Shown in pieces: positions 25,867 to 27,751 of a DNA stretch of 27,751 nt (position 1 is its first letter; every line of letters begins with the position of its first letter). The notes beneath the pieces were generated by a model. That model was given only the letters and a program-made list of their open reading frames with translations, had not been told where the DNA came from and searched no databases. The position numbers were made by a program, and so were the translations under genes. Source of the DNA: Candidatus Binatus sp. (GTDB lineage Bacteria > Chloroflexota > Dormibacteria > CF-121). Location: positions 1 through 27,751 of the forward strand of contig DATNNA010000055.1 of assembly GCA_035602075.1 (NCBI GenBank). Reading direction: 5' to 3'.

Positions 25867-26922
25867 ATGAGGAAACCTGTAACGAAACGCACGCCGACCG
25901 CAGCGAAAAAAGGCAAGCCGACGCCCACGCCAACACCCACGCCGTCACCGTCGCCAGGACCGCATGCGAAAGGACCGATTCAGCACGTGGTGATCATCGT
26001 CAAGGAGAACCACGCATTCGACAACTACTTCGGACGCTTCCCCGGTGCGGACGGTGATCCCAATCTGGCCCTCGCCTCCGACCCGCCGTCATCCGATCAC
26101 CCGCACACGCATGCGGCCTGGTTAAACCGCGCGAATATCGCCGCCAGGGAACAGTACGGTCAAGTGAACATCCCCAACTACTGGCGGTATGCGCAGCAGT
26201 TCACGCTCTGCGATAAGTACTTCACCGAGGTCGGCGGGCCATCAACGCCCAACCATTTGATGCTGATTGCGGCCGACTCACCGATCATCAACAACCCGCA
26301 CTACCGCGACCCGATCAGCCAGCAGCCGCCGTTTAACATCCCGTCGCTGCCGGCGGCGTTAGAGAAGGTAGGCCTGACCTGGGGCAACTACGGGGGCTAT
26401 GCCCAGGGCTACATCACGGCGCTCAAGGGGAAGAAGAACAACATGACTGGCGACAAATTCGCCGCCGCTGCGGCCGCCGGAAAGCTTCCCCCCGTCTCGT
26501 GGGTCTACGGACCAAGCGGCCTCAGCGAGCACCCGGTCGAATCGGTCAAGGCCGGCCAGAAATGGACGGCGGACCAGGTCGATGCTGTCGTCAAGGGTGG
26601 GCTCTGGCCCAACACCGTCATCTTTATCACCTGGGACGACTACGGCGGTTGGTACGACCATGTCACCCCGCCGCTGGTCGAGAAGTGGAAGGACGGTACT
26701 CAGTTCCGCCTTGGGTCGCGCGTTGGGTGTCTGGTACTCAGCCCGTACGCAAAGGCCGGGTACATCTCACACACCCAGCACTCTCACGTCAGCCTGGTGA
26801 AGTTCTGTGAGAAGACGTTCGGCCTGCCGCCGATCAATGCCCGCGACAAGGCCTCGGATGACATGTCCGATTGCTTCGACTTCACGCAGAAGCCTCTGGC
26901 GCCACCCGGACCGGCTGTTTAA
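25867..26922 (+). CDS. phosphoesterase (AcpA/phospholipase C family, alkaline phosphatase superfamily)
   Basis: [27 protein letters not shown] (Ser nucleophile region), [32 protein letters not shown]. Confidence 0.9.
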   Translation: MRKPVTKRTPTAAKKGKPTPTPTPTPSPSPGPHAKGPIQHVVIIVKENHAFDNYFGRFPGADGDPNLALASDPPSSDHPHTHAAWLNRANIAAREQYGQVNIPNYWRYAQQFTLCDKYFTEVGGPSTPNHLMLIAADSPIINNPHYRDPISQQPPFNIPSLPAALEKVGLTWGNYGGYAQGYITALKGKKNNMTGDKFAAAAAAGKLPPVSWVYGPSGLSEHPVESVKAGQKWTADQVDAVVKGGLWPNTVIFITWDDYGGWYDHVTPPLVEKWKDGTQFRLGSRVGCLVLSPYAKAGYISHTQHSHVSLVKFCEKTFGLPPINARDKASDDMSDCFDFTQKPLAPPGPAV

Positions 26923-26935
26923 CCCCCGGAATCTT

Positions 26936-26972
26936 CCCTCCCCCGCTTGCAGGGGGAGGGTCAGGGTGGGGG
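26936..26972. repeat. REP-like palindromic element
   Basis: CCCTCCCCC-GCTTGCA-GGGGGAGGG-TCAGGGTGGGGG; on the minus strand it translates as PTLTLPLQAGEG. Confidence 0.65.
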
Positions 26973-27009
26973 CCGCCGTTTCCACCGTCCCCCACCCGTT
27001 GGAAGCAAT

Positions 27010-27751
27010 GTGCCGTTCCTCGAGCCTTTGCTCACGTTCGCGGTGCTGGCCGGCGGAGCCCTGGCGTTGTTGACCGCCGGGATAGCCGGCTTTCGCCTGG
27101 CGAAGCGCCGTGCAGCCCCCCAGCGGGCCGCCCTCACGATCATTGGTGAGCTCACCCCGGAGGGCTTGAAGCAGCGACCACCCGCGAGTGCCGACAAGCT
27201 CGCCCGGGCCGCGCTCGCCCGCCTCTGGGCGCTCACTGAGCCGGTCATGACGCGCCAGCGCCAGCTGCTCGAGCAGAACGGCGAGCTACAGCGTCGTTAC
27301 GGCCAGGCCCGGGCGCTGATCGACCTGATGGCCGAATTCAACCAGGTGATGCAGCTGGCCGCGGTCCTCGATCGGCTGAGCTTCGGCTTGAGCCGTTTCT
27401 TCGCTGGCGACGGGGTCGCCATCTGGATCCGAGCGTCGCAAGGACAGTTCGAGCTCGCCGTCAAGGTCGCGGAAGACTTTCCGAGCTCGCTCAACCCGCA
27501 CGACCGCTGGGTCGCGACGGTCATGGCGGGCGACGCTGGCCTCGTCCTGCCCTTCTGGCTCGACCGCGAGATGCCCTGCATGGCAGCGCCGCTCCTCGAC
27601 GCCCATGGCCAGCGCATCGGAATCGTCGCCCTGATATCGCGGCGGCGTCCCGCTTACACCGTCGAGGACGGCGCCTTCCTGCGCACCGTTATCGGCCACG
27701 CCGCGCTGGCCATCCAGAACGCGACGATGTACGAGTTCATTGACACGCTCT
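27010..27751 (+). CDS. membrane-anchored GAF-domain signalling protein, 5' partial (runs off the window)
   Basis: Manual translation from GTG 27010 gives an open frame of 247 codons to the edge: N-terminal TM helix (LLTFAVLAGGALALLTAGIAGF), coiled coil, GAF (MAAPLLD..G..IGIVAL......YT.ED..FL..V..HAALAIQNA.MYE). It is absent from the ORF track because there is no stop in the window. Confidence 0.85.
   Translation, partial: MPFLEPLLTFAVLAGGALALLTAGIAGFRLAKRRAAPQRAALTIIGELTPEGLKQRPPASADKLARAALARLWALTEPVMTRQRQLLEQNGELQRRYGQARALIDLMAEFNQVMQLAAVLDRLSFGLSRFFAGDGVAIWIRASQGQFELAVKVAEDFPSSLNPHDRWVATVMAGDAGLVLPFWLDREMPCMAAPLLDAHGQRIGIVALISRRRPAYTVEDGAFLRTVIGHAALAIQNATMYEFIDTL

Noticed and set aside
1-27751. 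CRISPR array, tRNA, IS or prophage elements
   Set aside because: No regularly spaced repeats, cloverleaf, transposase, integrase or phage genes were recognised.

Overview
High-GC bacterial chromosomal window. The gene content suggests a Terrabacteria lineage (Actinomycetota/Chloroflexota/Dormibacterota-like); this is an inference and the 16S fragment should be searched. From left to right it holds: the 5' end and promoter region of a 16S rRNA gene (minus strand); a dnaX-ybaB-recR-PRC-barrel operon; an approx. 11-kb minus-strand array of nine Tad/Flp minor-pilin-like genes (five TadE-like, four TadG-like) in four cassettes, interrupted by a TrxB-like flavoprotein and a small secreted protein; ada-alkA plus ogt running into a NodI/DrrA-type ABC-2 exporter; an alpha/beta hydrolase; pepN; xfp-ackA; a phosphoesterase; one REP-like palindrome; and a truncated membrane-anchored GAF protein that is missing from the ORF track. 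The most interesting feature is the Tad array. No assembly ATPase, platform protein, major Flp pilin or prepilin peptidase is in the window. The cassettes are E-G-E, E-G, E-G-E and a lone G. The lone G is a close paralog of its neighbour (approx. 77% aa by manual alignment), carries junction scars of lost TadE partners on both sides, and shares a bipartite upstream motif with that neighbour's cassette. This looks like a repertoire of interchangeable pilus-tip modules (inference). No CRISPR, tRNA, transposase, integrase or reverse transcriptase was recognised.
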